DNA of 64,000 nucleotides from Candidatus Geocrenenecus huangii. GTDB taxonomy: Archaea > Thermoproteota > Nitrososphaeria_A > Caldarchaeales > Wolframiiraptoraceae. The position numbers were made by a program, and so were the translations under genes. The stretch spans positions 53,642 to 117,641 of the forward strand of contig JALNLM010000004.1 in NCBI GenBank assembly GCA_023254095.1. The letters are read 5' to 3'. Positions within the stretch are counted from its first letter, which is position 1. Every line of letters begins with the position of its first letter. The notes under the pieces are model-generated. The model did no database searches and had not been told where the DNA came from. It was given only the letters and a program-made list of their open reading frames with translations. This document shows positions 39,912 through 49,779 of this stretch, in pieces.

Positions 39912-41627
39912 TTAGTATTTTCTTTCTTTTGGTTCCCATCTAGTAATCTTTACTGGGATGTACTCTAGCGTAGGTCCTTCAGGTGTTCTATATGCTAAAG
40001 TATGTTTAAGCCAGTTGGCATCGTCCCTCTTAGGGTAGTCTAGACGGTAGTGTGCCCCTCTACTCTCGGTTCTCGCAAGAGCTGAGACGAGAACAACCTC
40101 TGCTACTTCAAGCATAGCGTCTAGCTCCAATACGTTGATAAGATTCTGGTTGAATTCTTTACTCTTATCAGCCACATTACCTTTGCCGAACCTTTTTCTA
40201 AGCTCTCTTATCTTCCTTAACCCCTCTTCCAGGCTTTTTCCATCTCTGAAAACGTATGCATGCTGGGTCATCGCGCTCTGCATCTCCCTCCTAATCAAGT
40301 ATGGGTCATCTCCAAACCCACTCTTCAATATTTCATCAAATATTCTTTTTTCTTCTTTTTCTGCCTGAGCTGTGGGTATGCTCCCGCTGTTACTCTTCTT
40401 TAGAACATATTCTGCCGCATTCTTGCCTGTTATATAGCCATATACTAGGCAGTCTGTTGTTGAATTGCATCCAAGCCTATTAGCCCCATGTATGCTTACA
40501 CAGTTTACTTCTCCAGCGGCCCACAAGCCTTTGACGGGTGTTTGACCATTTATATCTACGTGGACGCCGCCCATAGTGTAGTGAGCCACAGGTCTAACTG
40601 GGAGAGGTTCATTAACAGGATTTATTCCAGCAAATTTCATGCCTATCATTTTTATCTCTGTAAGCTTCTCGTTTATGACTTCCTCACCTAGATGTGTTAA
40701 GTCTAGGTGGACGTAATCTAAACCATTCGGCCCCTCAAAGCCTCTGCCCTCCATTATCTCTCTCATCATCGCTCTTGAAACTATATCTCTTGGAGCCAGC
40801 TCCATCCTCTCCGGAGCATACTTGGACATAAATCTCTCACCCTCCTTATTTCTTAAGTATCCTCCTTCACCTCTGGCAGCCTCTGAAATAAGTATGCCTG
40901 AAGGGACCAGACCCGTTGGATGAAACTGTATAAACTCCATATCTTTTAACGGTATACCCACTCTATACGCCATGCACATACCTTCAGCTGTAGCTGAGTG
41001 CCCATAAGTCGTAAAGGAGTACAATCTGCCCGCCCCGCCTGTCGACAGTACTCCTGCTTTTGCTTGGAAGACGTAGAGATCTCCGCTTTTCATCTCCAAG
41101 GCTGTGAATCCCCTAAACTCGTTATCTTCAACGAGTATCGAGGTTACAAACCATTCATGATAGAATGTTATATTATCATATTTAAGACATGTATTGTATA
41201 GTGTCTGCATGGCGTGGAGCCCAGTCTTATCGGAAGCGTAACATGCTCTATCGAAGCTATGTCCTCCGAAGGGTCTCTGATCAATCCTACCATCCAATCT
41301 TCTACTCCAGGGCATCCCCCAATGTTCTAACCTAAGAATCTCTCTTGGAGCGAGCCTTACAAATAACTCTACAACATCTTGGTCTGCCAGATAGTCTGAA
41401 CCCTTAACGGTATCGAATGCGTGTAGGTCGAAACTATCGCCCTCCTCAGGATAGATGACTGCGGCGGTACCTCCAGCATATGCAACTGAGTGGCTCCTCA
41501 TCGCATGGACCTTACTTAAAACAGCTACCTGGATCTTTGGGTCAGTGCTTGCTGCTTCTATAGCGGCTCTAAGACCAGCCAGTCCCGATCCCACAATAAC
41601 GATATCGGTACTTATCCTATCTATCAA
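39912..41627 (-). CDS. sdhA: Succinate dehydrogenase flavoprotein subunit
   Basis: GSGLAG, RSHS..AGG, QFHPT, SEAARGEG, HYTMGG, HGANRLG, ESRGAHYR. Confidence 0.96.
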   Translation of the reverse strand: MIDRISTDIVIVGSGLAGLRAAIEAASTDPKIQVAVLSKVHAMRSHSVAYAGGTAAVIYPEEGDSFDLHAFDTVKGSDYLADQDVVELFVRLAPREILRLEHWGMPWSRRLDGRIDQRPFGGHSFDRACYASDKTGLHAMQTLYNTCLKYDNITFYHEWFVTSILVEDNEFRGFTALEMKSGDLYVFQAKAGVLSTGGAGRLYSFTTYGHSATAEGMCMAYRVGIPLKDMEFIQFHPTGLVPSGILISEAARGEGGYLRNKEGERFMSKYAPERMELAPRDIVSRAMMREIMEGRGFEGPNGLDYVHLDLTHLGEEVINEKLTEIKMIGMKFAGINPVNEPLPVRPVAHYTMGGVHVDINGQTPVKGLWAAGEVNCVSIHGANRLGCNSTTDCLVYGYITGKNAAEYVLKKSNSGSIPTAQAEKEEKRIFDEILKSGFGDDPYLIRREMQSAMTQHAYVFRDGKSLEEGLRKIRELRKRFGKGNVADKSKEFNQNLINVLELDAMLEVAEVVLVSALARTESRGAHYRLDYPKRDDANWLKHTLAYRTPEGPTLEYIPVKITRWEPKERKY

Positions 41628-41687
41628 TATAGACTCACATAAGTAGTCGCTTGACTGGAATATATAATTCTTTTCATAGAATAACTA

Positions 41688-42137
41688 TTATGAGGAATTG
41701 AGAGAAGCAATCATCTTATGCCTGGTCTTTTTTCCTAGTTCTAGAGATTTGCTAATCCTCTTGATTAGGTTTATAGGTTTTAGGTCTCTCATGTTAAAGA
41801 GGTGAGATCTACACCTACAATCTGAAGCTCCGAATCTACTGATACTCTCTGAGCCAATATCTTCTATGAATCTCGCTAATCTACATTCATATTTCTTGGG
41901 TAAAGGATATGCTACCGCATAGAGAACTTTAACCTTACATGAAGAAGCTAGATAATCTATATGCCATCTCATCATCTTCCTCTTCTCGAAGTGTCTCCTA
42001 ATCCTGGCTTCCACATTATTCTGTGCCGAACCTACATATACATACAAGCCTGCTGGAAAACTAATTAAACCTATTGATCCCACCTTGATATTAACTTCTT
42101 CAAGCACCTCTAAGAATAAGAGGTAAACCCCCTTCAC
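41688..42137 (-). CDS. DUF123 GIY-YIG (Uri) family nuclease
   Basis: KGVY, YVYVGSA, RIRRH, WHIDYL, FGASDCRCRSHLF. Likely GTG start at 42137. Confidence 0.88.
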   Translation of the reverse strand: MKGVYLLFLEVLEEVNIKVGSIGLISFPAGLYVYVGSAQNNVEARIRRHFEKRKMMRWHIDYLASSCKVKVLYAVAYPLPKKYECRLARFIEDIGSESISRFGASDCRCRSHLFNMRDLKPINLIKRISKSLELGKKTRHKMIASLNSS

Positions 42138-42232
42138 TAGAAGGTAGAATGGAATAGAGAACATATATTCTTTCCTAGACGGTCTCCCCAGAAAATATAT
42201 AAGAGAATTAACACATGATAGTAAGAAAGATA

Positions 42233-42697
42233 ATGCTTGGCACAAGGAATTTAGAAGAATATATGGAGAAGAATAAGATTAGAGGAGAGATAATCCATCT
42301 TAGACCTAGTGAAGCGAGGACATCTATTAGTGCGGCGAGAGCTGTCGGGTGTAGTCTCGGTCAGATAGCGAAGAACATTCTACTCGTCGGCGAGAAGAAT
42401 AAGATTTTAGTCATAACTTCAGGTGATAAGAAGGTAAATTTGAAAAAGGTCTCAGAGATCTTTGGAGGAAGATTCAGACTTGCGACTCCAAGAGAAATTT
42501 TAGAAGAAACTGGATATGGTGTTGGCGGAGTCCCTCCCTTCGGACACATAAAGGAAATAAAGACCATAATCGATCCTTCGATTAAAAGATACAGTTTCGT
42601 CTACACGTCTGGCGGGTCTGAAGATACTTTGATGAAGATAGATGTAGATGAACTGATAAGAGCATGTAATGGAGAAATACTAAGCGTTTCTGAATAA
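42233..42697 (+). CDS. YbaK/EbsC aminoacyl-tRNA deacylase family protein
   Basis: QIAKN, TGYGVGGVPPFG, SGG. Confidence 0.9.
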   Translation: MLGTRNLEEYMEKNKIRGEIIHLRPSEARTSISAARAVGCSLGQIAKNILLVGEKNKILVITSGDKKVNLKKVSEIFGGRFRLATPREILEETGYGVGGVPPFGHIKEIKTIIDPSIKRYSFVYTSGGSEDTLMKIDVDELIRACNGEILSVSE

Positions 42698-42808
42698 GGC
42701 ATGATAGGCAAGCCATACATCGGATATACATCCTTATTGATAGAAAATTGAGATGTAGTAATCGAGATAAAGATTTAACTCAGAGAAAACCAATTATCTT
42801 TTTAGAGG

Positions 42809-43885
42809 GTGATGATAGAAGTATCAGGTAGGCCTGCACGATTGTACCGTACTTCTCAAGATGGCAGATTGATCTGTACAGCATGTGCACGTTATTGTAG
42901 GCTTAAGAATGGTCAAATAGGGTTCTGCGGTATAAGGAGCAACATCAATGGGACATTGTATCTCCTGGTCTACGGTAAGATAATATCTGCGCATGTAGAC
43001 CCTATAGAGAAGAAGCCGGTTACACACTATTCTCCGGGGACGAAGATATTCTCAATAGCTACAACTGGGTGCTCGTGGATGTGCCAGTACTGTCTAAACT
43101 TTGATATAAGTCAAAGAAGGAAAGTCGAGGGGGTAGATGTAACCCCTGATAAAATAGTTAAGATGGCTAAGAAGTATGGTAGCCACGGTATAGCGTACAC
43201 ATACAATGAGCCGTCTATCTATATGGAGTTCGCTCACGACATCGGCGTCATAGCTAGAAGAGAAGGATTGATAAACGTGTTCGTTACGAATGGTTACTGG
43301 CCCGACGGTGTAAATGAGGCGAAAGATTTCCTAGACGCAGCAACGGTAGACTTCAAAGGCAATGGAGAAGTAGAATTTTTGAGAAAATACGTAGGAATAC
43401 CAGATCCAGAACCTATATTCCAGACCTTGCTTGAACTCAAGAATAAAACAAAAGTCCACATAGAGATTACAGACCTAGTGGTACCGAAGATTGGGGATAG
43501 TCTTGAAGCAGCAAAGAAGCTAGCAGAATGGGTGTACGAAAACCTGGGACCGGATACGCCTATACATTTTCTGAGATTCCATCCAGACTATAGACTACTA
43601 CATCTTCCATTAACTCCTGTTGAGGTCCTGGAAAAGCATTACAAAATAGCTAGAGAGGCAGGGTTGAGATATGTGTACGTCGGTAACGTCCCTGGTCATC
43701 CATACGAGAATACGTATTGTCCAGAATGTGGGAAGATAGTTGTCGAGAGGAGGGGATTCGATATTCTCGGATGGTATCTAGATGAAGAAAATAGATGCAG
43801 ATTCTGTAAATACAGAATAGCGATACATGGTAAGCCTCCACCAGACTATAGAACATCTAGGTTTATACCAGTCTTCTTTGAATAA
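42809..43885 (+). CDS. amrS: AmmeMemoRadiSam-system radical SAM enzyme
   Basis: CTACARYC...[50 protein letters not shown]. Confidence 0.88.
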   Translation: MMIEVSGRPARLYRTSQDGRLICTACARYCRLKNGQIGFCGIRSNINGTLYLLVYGKIISAHVDPIEKKPVTHYSPGTKIFSIATTGCSWMCQYCLNFDISQRRKVEGVDVTPDKIVKMAKKYGSHGIAYTYNEPSIYMEFAHDIGVIARREGLINVFVTNGYWPDGVNEAKDFLDAATVDFKGNGEVEFLRKYVGIPDPEPIFQTLLELKNKTKVHIEITDLVVPKIGDSLEAAKKLAEWVYENLGPDTPIHFLRFHPDYRLLHLPLTPVEVLEKHYKIAREAGLRYVYVGNVPGHPYENTYCPECGKIVVERRGFDILGWYLDEENRCRFCKYRIAIHGKPPPDYRTSRFIPVFFE

Positions 43886-43955
43886 GGTAAACGACAGCTG
43901 GGGGCCACTGGGGAGAATATTCGTATCGAGTAGGCCACATTATCATAGGTGGAGA

Positions 43956-45134
43956 CTACTTTGAATCTAGCCCCCAGGTCAAGCTGCTTGAACCGTATCC
44001 TAATAAGTTTAGGTTAGCTGCATTTACGTGTTTCAAATGTTTTCTCGCTGCTTCTAAGCATTTATGGAATTGCCTCTCAGGTGTTACTGGGAGATCTCTC
44101 ATCATGAAGTCTGGGTGGAATATTAGTAGACAGTACGGGATTTCGGGGTCGAGGCTTGCAATAAATTCTGCTATCATCTCAACTTCTCTCTCATCAACAT
44201 AGTATGGAACTAAGAGTGTTGTAGCCGTTAGGATGGGTATGCTCTTCCTCTTATCATAGAATTTTTTATAGACTAGTTCAAAGTTCCTAAGTGTCTGGTC
44301 ATTATCTCTACCTGCTAGAGCTTTATGGATCGCGGGCGTATATGCTTTCAAATCGAATTTTATGTTTCCACCAGTTTCAAAAGTTATCTCACCCACCCTT
44401 CTGACCAGGGAAGGGTTTCCACTCCCATTCCATTCAAAACATATCCTCAAGATCCTACTTGATTGTTTCTCCTCAATTATTCTCCTAGAGGATTCTATGG
44501 CGAAGGGGAGTTGAGGTTCAGGAGAACCTCCGAACCAGCACCAGCAAGTAATCCTGCTATTCTTTAAACTCACATCAACGATCTCGTCTACCGTCGTCTT
44601 CTCAACCCCCTTCAAGAATTTGTGATTCCAGTTCTGGCAGAACAAACAATCAAAACTACATCCATATAAGAATAATGCAAGATTGTAGTATCCTATCTCT
44701 GCAGTGTTTCTTACTGCATACTTTGGGTAGCCGCATCCAGTCCCAGCAGGACAGAACCATGAAGCACAGCAGTTCGTAACGTGGGGGTCAAGGTAATAGT
44801 GGAGCAGGGCAGTTCTATTATCCACCCTTTGTATAAGCTTACCAAGCTTATTCATTCTTAAACCACAATATCCCTTCTCCCCTTCACCCATGATACAATT
44901 ATTTGCACATAGCTTACACTCGATCCCTCCTCTTGTTCTAGGAGGCTCGGGTGGTAGACCATACTTCAATCTGACCTCGCCATGCTTCAACATAACGTAT
45001 GAAAGAGATTCCTCAGGTCTGTTTCTCAGACAATCTACACATACTCCTATCGAGTCAGAGATAAATCTAGACTTCACTTTACATATAGCGCATTCTTTTT
45101 CCACCATTGACTTATAACCAAGATTGTAAAGCAT
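43956..45134 (-). CDS. Radical SAM protein (PFL-activase/AmrS-related)
   Basis: CKLCANNC...GYCGLR, DPHVTNCCASWFC, GCSFDCLFCQN, FGGSPEPQ, FHPDF. Confidence 0.85.
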   Translation of the reverse strand: MLYNLGYKSMVEKECAICKVKSRFISDSIGVCVDCLRNRPEESLSYVMLKHGEVRLKYGLPPEPPRTRGGIECKLCANNCIMGEGEKGYCGLRMNKLGKLIQRVDNRTALLHYYLDPHVTNCCASWFCPAGTGCGYPKYAVRNTAEIGYYNLALFLYGCSFDCLFCQNWNHKFLKGVEKTTVDEIVDVSLKNSRITCWCWFGGSPEPQLPFAIESSRRIIEEKQSSRILRICFEWNGSGNPSLVRRVGEITFETGGNIKFDLKAYTPAIHKALAGRDNDQTLRNFELVYKKFYDKRKSIPILTATTLLVPYYVDEREVEMIAEFIASLDPEIPYCLLIFHPDFMMRDLPVTPERQFHKCLEAARKHLKHVNAANLNLLGYGSSSLTWGLDSK

Positions 45135-45267
45135 ATCTCTACGTTATAGATAATTGGAAAAGCAATATATTTGTATAGACTCTAATAAATGTATGAAAAT
45201 CATCTATCCATATAGTTTTAAGCATTAGCATCTAACACATAAATATATTAGATGTTCTGGTGGAAGT

Positions 45268-46659
45268 CTATAATTTATATTCTTCGTGGATGGCTCTCAC
45301 TGCTTCGTATCCATCCTCTTCTCTTACTACGAATGATATGTTTAGTTCAGATGAGCCCTGAGCGATCATTCTAATGTTTATGCCCTTCTTCGCTACGGCT
45401 CCGAAGACCCTGCTCGCTACTCCAGGCGTCCCCTTCATCCCTTCTCCAACGACTGCGATCACGTTTACATCATCTTCAGATTCTATGTCTTCAACTAATC
45501 CTGTTCCCAGAAGGGCGGTTTCAAGCTTGTTTAAAGCTTTAGTCAACACATCTCTCTTGATCACTATGGATACACTGGATTCCGAAACACTCTGAGATAT
45601 CATCATGACATTTATGTTTTCTCTAGCAAGTGTTTCAAGTATCTTCGCTACTGTCCCCGGTCTACCAACCATGCTTGCACCCCTCACGCTAATCATGGCA
45701 GCATCCTTAACGAGCAACACAGCCTTAACGATCATATCGCTCTTCTCAGGTTTAAGGGATATCAAAGTTCCTTGATGAGAAGGGTTAAACGTATTCCTAA
45801 TCCTAACCTTCATGTTAGACTTCATGGCAGGTTCAAGAGCTCTTGGGTGAAGTCCTTTTGCGCCGAAGATCGCCATTTCGATCGCTTCGTTAAAAGATAC
45901 TGTGGATAGAACTTTAGCATCCTTAACTATACGAGGATCGGCTGTCATTAATCCATCTACGTCACTCCAAAGCCATACCTCGTCTGCGTCGAGGCAGTAT
46001 CCAAGTATCGTCGCAGTATAGTCGCTTCCACCTCTACCTAAAGTTGTTATAACTCCTTCCTCATTCACTGCGATGTATCCTGTTATAATGGGGGTTATCC
46101 CTCTATCAAGGAGTGACCCAACCCTTCTCTTAACCTCAAGCTTGCTGATCTCCATTAGCGGGCTAGCTTCTCCAAAATTAGAATCAGTTATTATCCCAGC
46201 ATCCCCTCCATCCAAGTACTTACAGGTGGTTCCCAGTTCCGTCAAAGCTCCCCACATGATCCTCGTAGATAATCTCTCTCCGAAGGAGACAACGTAATCT
46301 CTTGATCGAGGTGTGGCCTCTCTTAGATAGAGTATGCTTAGAACGGCTCTCCTCAAATCCTCAATCAATTCCTTAACGATGCTTTTCACATCATTTTTTA
46401 TTAACTCGTCATTCAAAGCGTCATCTACCGCTCTATAATGCTTATCGGATAAGTTACTCAATGTAATCTCTACGTCTCTTACTCTACCTCTCGAAGCCTT
46501 ATCTATGAGTGCAAACAAAGTGTCTGTTACACCTGCCATAGCCGAGCATACAACTATGACTTCATTATTCTCCAAATATTCTTTAACGAGTTTTGCAGCA
46601 TTCTTTATTCTTCCACCATCTCCAAGAGATGTTCCTCCAAACTTCATTACGAGCCTCAT
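45268..46659 (-). CDS. lysC: Aspartate kinase with ACT domains
   Basis: MKFGGTS, SAMAGVTD, GERLS, TLGRGGSDYTA, TADPR, SELNIS. Confidence 0.95.
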   Translation of the reverse strand: MRLVMKFGGTSLGDGGRIKNAAKLVKEYLENNEVIVVCSAMAGVTDTLFALIDKASRGRVRDVEITLSNLSDKHYRAVDDALNDELIKNDVKSIVKELIEDLRRAVLSILYLREATPRSRDYVVSFGERLSTRIMWGALTELGTTCKYLDGGDAGIITDSNFGEASPLMEISKLEVKRRVGSLLDRGITPIITGYIAVNEEGVITTLGRGGSDYTATILGYCLDADEVWLWSDVDGLMTADPRIVKDAKVLSTVSFNEAIEMAIFGAKGLHPRALEPAMKSNMKVRIRNTFNPSHQGTLISLKPEKSDMIVKAVLLVKDAAMISVRGASMVGRPGTVAKILETLARENINVMMISQSVSESSVSIVIKRDVLTKALNKLETALLGTGLVEDIESEDDVNVIAVVGEGMKGTPGVASRVFGAVAKKGINIRMIAQGSSELNISFVVREEDGYEAVRAIHEEYKL

Positions 46660-47679
46660 CTATATCTTCACCTCTATGAGCTTTTTCTTAATCTCTATCA
46701 AATCTCTCAGGATCGCTGTGGCGGTTTCTCTTCCTCCCGCACCTCTTCCAAGAATCACGTGTACGCCGGAATTCATGGTAGTAAAGGAGACAGCATTCAT
46801 TGAATATCTTATAGCAAGAGGGTCTTCTCTCCTAATTCTAGTAGGTTTAACTTCCAATCCACTATCTACCCTACCTATCAATCTGTATGTTTCTCCATCT
46901 CGGATAGCTTCGTTTATTTCTTTTCTGCTTAATTTTTCTATTCCTTTTATACTGACGTTGATTAACGTTGCTTTAATTCCTAAAATCTCGTTTGCAAGTA
47001 TCACTAGCTTGGCCGCCGTGTCGAGCCCTTTAATGTCCAAACTCGGGTCTTTCTCTGCGTAGCCTTTCTCTTTCGCTTCACGTAGAGCTACATCGAATTC
47101 TAGACCATCCTCCATTCTAGAAATAATATAGTTTGTTGTCCCATTTAACACTCCTTCTATCTTGACTATCTTGTCTCCTCTAGCACATTGTCTCGCAAAC
47201 TCTATCACCGGTAGCCCACCACCTACCGACCCACTAAATTTTAGAATAACATCTTTGTGTTGTGCAAGTTCTTTCAGTGCAGGAAGCGCCAACGCTAGTG
47301 GCCCCTTATTAACGGTAACAACATGAAGCCTCGATACTAAAGCTTTCCTAATGTACGTATAGCTTGGCTCACCGTCAATTAAATTTGTTGGAGTTGCATC
47401 TACTAGAACATCTATGTCTAACTCATCTAGCAAGTCTAGCACGTTTACTCCCGGTCTACCGTACTCGGCATGTAATGAGATAGAACCATTCCTCTTCTTT
47501 GTCTTTATCATTTCTTCGAGGTTGAGACCCTTCTCATATACTGCTGCTCCTCCACTATCAACTATTCCTACAATACGTATGTTTAACCCTTCTTCTCTTC
47601 TATATCTCTCAGAGTTCTCTAATAGTATCTCTGCAAGACTTCTACCTACGATCCCAAATCCTGCTAGAAGTATCCTCAG
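46660..47679 (-). CDS. hom: Homoserine dehydrogenase, apparent CTG start
   Basis: The frame extends upstream of the ORF-track start to LRILLAGFGIVG (Rossmann motif). SD GGAGGTG lies 7 nt before CTG 47679. Also NKGP, VGGGLP, NGTTNY, GYAEKDP..DI.G.D, GRGAG. Confidence 0.9.
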   Translation of the reverse strand: MRILLAGFGIVGRSLAEILLENSERYRREEGLNIRIVGIVDSGGAAVYEKGLNLEEMIKTKKRNGSISLHAEYGRPGVNVLDLLDELDIDVLVDATPTNLIDGEPSYTYIRKALVSRLHVVTVNKGPLALALPALKELAQHKDVILKFSGSVGGGLPVIEFARQCARGDKIVKIEGVLNGTTNYIISRMEDGLEFDVALREAKEKGYAEKDPSLDIKGLDTAAKLVILANEILGIKATLINVSIKGIEKLSRKEINEAIRDGETYRLIGRVDSGLEVKPTRIRREDPLAIRYSMNAVSFTTMNSGVHVILGRGAGGRETATAILRDLIEIKKKLIEVKI

Positions 47680-47805
47680 CCTCCGGCACCTCCGTACATA
47701 GATTGTTTACTATTCGAGGGCGTCGTAGAGAAAAGATTAGATCTAGGTTTGATAACCCCCTCTCATTACACCTTCAGTATCTTACGATTAGCATCTGTAT
47801 TTAAG
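47680..47805 (-). promoter_or_regulatory. Putative promoter and about 95-nt structured leader of hom-lysC
   Basis: TATA-like cttaaata at 47805-47798; leader holds a 7-codon uORF (47766-47743) and alternative pairings. Confidence 0.35.
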
Positions 47806-47858
47806 TATTTCTATGAGGCAACATTCTTTTTATACGAATAGATAGAATAACTCAAAGA

Positions 47859-48665
47859 ATGTTCGAAGATGTATTGTTAAGTTTTCTATCAGGAGTTATT
47901 CAAGGGGTTACTGAATGGCTTCCGATAAGCAGTAAGACTATGTTGTTCTTCTTATTCCATCTATGGGGGATATCTACACAGGATTCATACATGCTTAGCT
48001 TGATGCTTAACGGGTCCACGATAGCGGCGGCCTCCATTTACTTTAGAAAAGAATTAGTAAGATTACTGGGTTTATCAAGAAAAGCCGACTCGAATCTCAG
48101 CCTACTCATGTTTTTGGTAGTCTCAACGTTTGTTACTGGAGTATTAGGAGTGATCCTTCATAGATTCTCACTCAGCTTTATAACGGAGTTAAGTTCAAGC
48201 GGTCTACTCATTTTCATAGGATGTATGCTGTTCGTATCTGCCTTGGTAAATTGGTTGAGGATGAAAATGAATCCCATCGAGAAGACTATGAATGATGTAA
48301 ACTTAAGGGATGCATTTATTACAGGGGTAGCGCAATCCTTCTCCGTCCTACCCGGTATCAGTAGAAGTGGCGTAACAATACTAGTTCTCGTTATTAGGAG
48401 ATACAATGTTAAAGATTCCTTAACGATCTCATACTTAATGAGTATACCTGTAACACTGGGTGGAAGCATTTATGCTTACATAACTTACCCAAAAGTCTTC
48501 CAGATGCTGGATGTTTATGAAGCCTTATTCTCGGTGATTGTAGCGACAATAGTCTCGTTAGCTATGATATCCATATTGCTTAGATTATCTCAAAAACTTA
48601 AACCACACCTATTCTTATCAACGTTATCCATCATAACTATTCTCTCAGGACTCCTCTTCCGCTAA
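47859..48665 (+). CDS. uppP: Undecaprenyl/polyprenyl-diphosphate phosphatase (BacA/UppP family)
   Basis: QGVTEWLPISS, PGISRSGVT, SYLMSIP. Confidence 0.88.
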   Translation: MFEDVLLSFLSGVIQGVTEWLPISSKTMLFFLFHLWGISTQDSYMLSLMLNGSTIAAASIYFRKELVRLLGLSRKADSNLSLLMFLVVSTFVTGVLGVILHRFSLSFITELSSSGLLIFIGCMLFVSALVNWLRMKMNPIEKTMNDVNLRDAFITGVAQSFSVLPGISRSGVTILVLVIRRYNVKDSLTISYLMSIPVTLGGSIYAYITYPKVFQMLDVYEALFSVIVATIVSLAMISILLRLSQKLKPHLFLSTLSIITILSGLLFR

Positions 48666-49397
48666 CTCTATCAAGCTTCCAAGTATTCTTGCATGTTTTC
48701 TCTCATCTGCCTCCACGGACTCAATCAAGACTTTTAAGAGTTTATGTGGAAGATACGATTTTACTTCATCCAGGCTATGGACGTGAGCGATCTCTTCTTT
48801 ATCCAGCAATGATTGAAGAATGTTCTTCTCCGGCACTTCTATCTTTACATCTTCACCCCTCTCGAGTATCGAGATCGTGGACATTAGAATGTCAGCATGC
48901 TTAATACTATCGCTTGCTATCTGTCTAAAGATCATTCTAGTAATCTCGTTATCTATCTTGGAAGCCGTCTCCATGAATTTCTCAGCTGCTTCATGCTCTG
49001 CCTGAGCTCTCTCACGGAGTGTTCGGATAAGCTTGGTCTTAGCTTGCTCCAAACCATACTTTATTCTTCCCTTCTTATCTTCTTCAAGTATTGATGAGAT
49101 GGTCAATGCAAGCTCATATAGTTCCGCTTCAGAGATTTTCCCACCTTTGGAGATAATGTTCTCGACCGATTCACTGATAAGCTTACTAGCTCTTGGGTCT
49201 TCTAGAAGCTTAAGCAGTCTCCCCCTTCTACCGCTCATGTAATGTGTTACAGCTGCTGGGCTCACTCTAAGTATTTGAGAAGCTTTCCTCTTACTATAAC
49301 TGTATTTCTCTACAAGTATCTTTATCATCTTGGCCCTAATTGCAGGGACCAACTGCTCAGACCGGATAGACATCACTCGAGTATAGTTATCTTCCAA
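48645..49397 (-). CDS. HTH transcriptional regulator fused to a ferritin-like domain
   Basis: N-terminal VPAIRA...KASQILRVSPAAVTHYMSGRRG HTH. C-terminal four-helix pattern E..E / DSIKH / EE / DERKH. Confidence 0.8.
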   Translation of the reverse strand: MEDNYTRVMSIRSEQLVPAIRAKMIKILVEKYSYSKRKASQILRVSPAAVTHYMSGRRGRLLKLLEDPRASKLISESVENIISKGGKISEAELYELALTISSILEEDKKGRIKYGLEQAKTKLIRTLRERAQAEHEAAEKFMETASKIDNEITRMIFRQIASDSIKHADILMSTISILERGEDVKIEVPEKNILQSLLDKEEIAHVHSLDEVKSYLPHKLLKVLIESVEADERKHARILGSLIELAEEES

Positions 49398-49426
49398 AGT
49401 TAAAAACTTGTGTTTTATATTCTTTG

Positions 49427-49462
49427 TTTACACTGTAAATTCAGTATTTTTACGGTGAAAAA
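49427..49462. promoter_or_regulatory. Candidate operator palindromes between the regulator and feoA
   Basis: TTTACA-c-TGTAAA (49427-49439, perfect) and TTTTAC-g-GTGAAA (49448-49460, imperfect). Confidence 0.55.
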
Positions 49463-49524
49463 CTCTTAAATACGGATTTTCCCTCCTAACAGCTAGAAAG
49501 AATAGATGAGGTTAATGAAGTAAT

Positions 49525-49779
49525 ATGAGAGGAGATAAGCTAGACAACGTCCTCCCATTATCGGTTGTCAAAGAGGGGAAGACCGTTAGAATAGTTAAGA
49601 TCATTGGTGGAGGAGGATTGGTTAGAAGATTATATGAAATAGGTCTCCTACCTGGAGTAGAAGTAATGATTGTAAGAAATAGTGGGTTTGGGCCGGTCAT
49701 AATCAGAAATAATGTTAGTGGGACTTTCTGCCTAGGTTTCGGGGTAGCAAAGAAAATCATTGTTGAGGTGGTGTCATGA
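49525..49779 (+). CDS. feoA: Ferrous iron transport protein A
   Basis: RRLYEIGLLPG, GPVII, LGFGVAKKIIVE. Confidence 0.92.
   Translation: MRGDKLDNVLPLSVVKEGKTVRIVKIIGGGGLVRRLYEIGLLPGVEVMIVRNSGFGPVIIRNNVSGTFCLGFGVAKKIIVEVVS

Noticed and set aside
43886-43955. GC-rich gap between the radical-SAM genes as a C/D-box sRNA
   Set aside because: No intact RUGAUGA/CUGA pair and no identifiable target.
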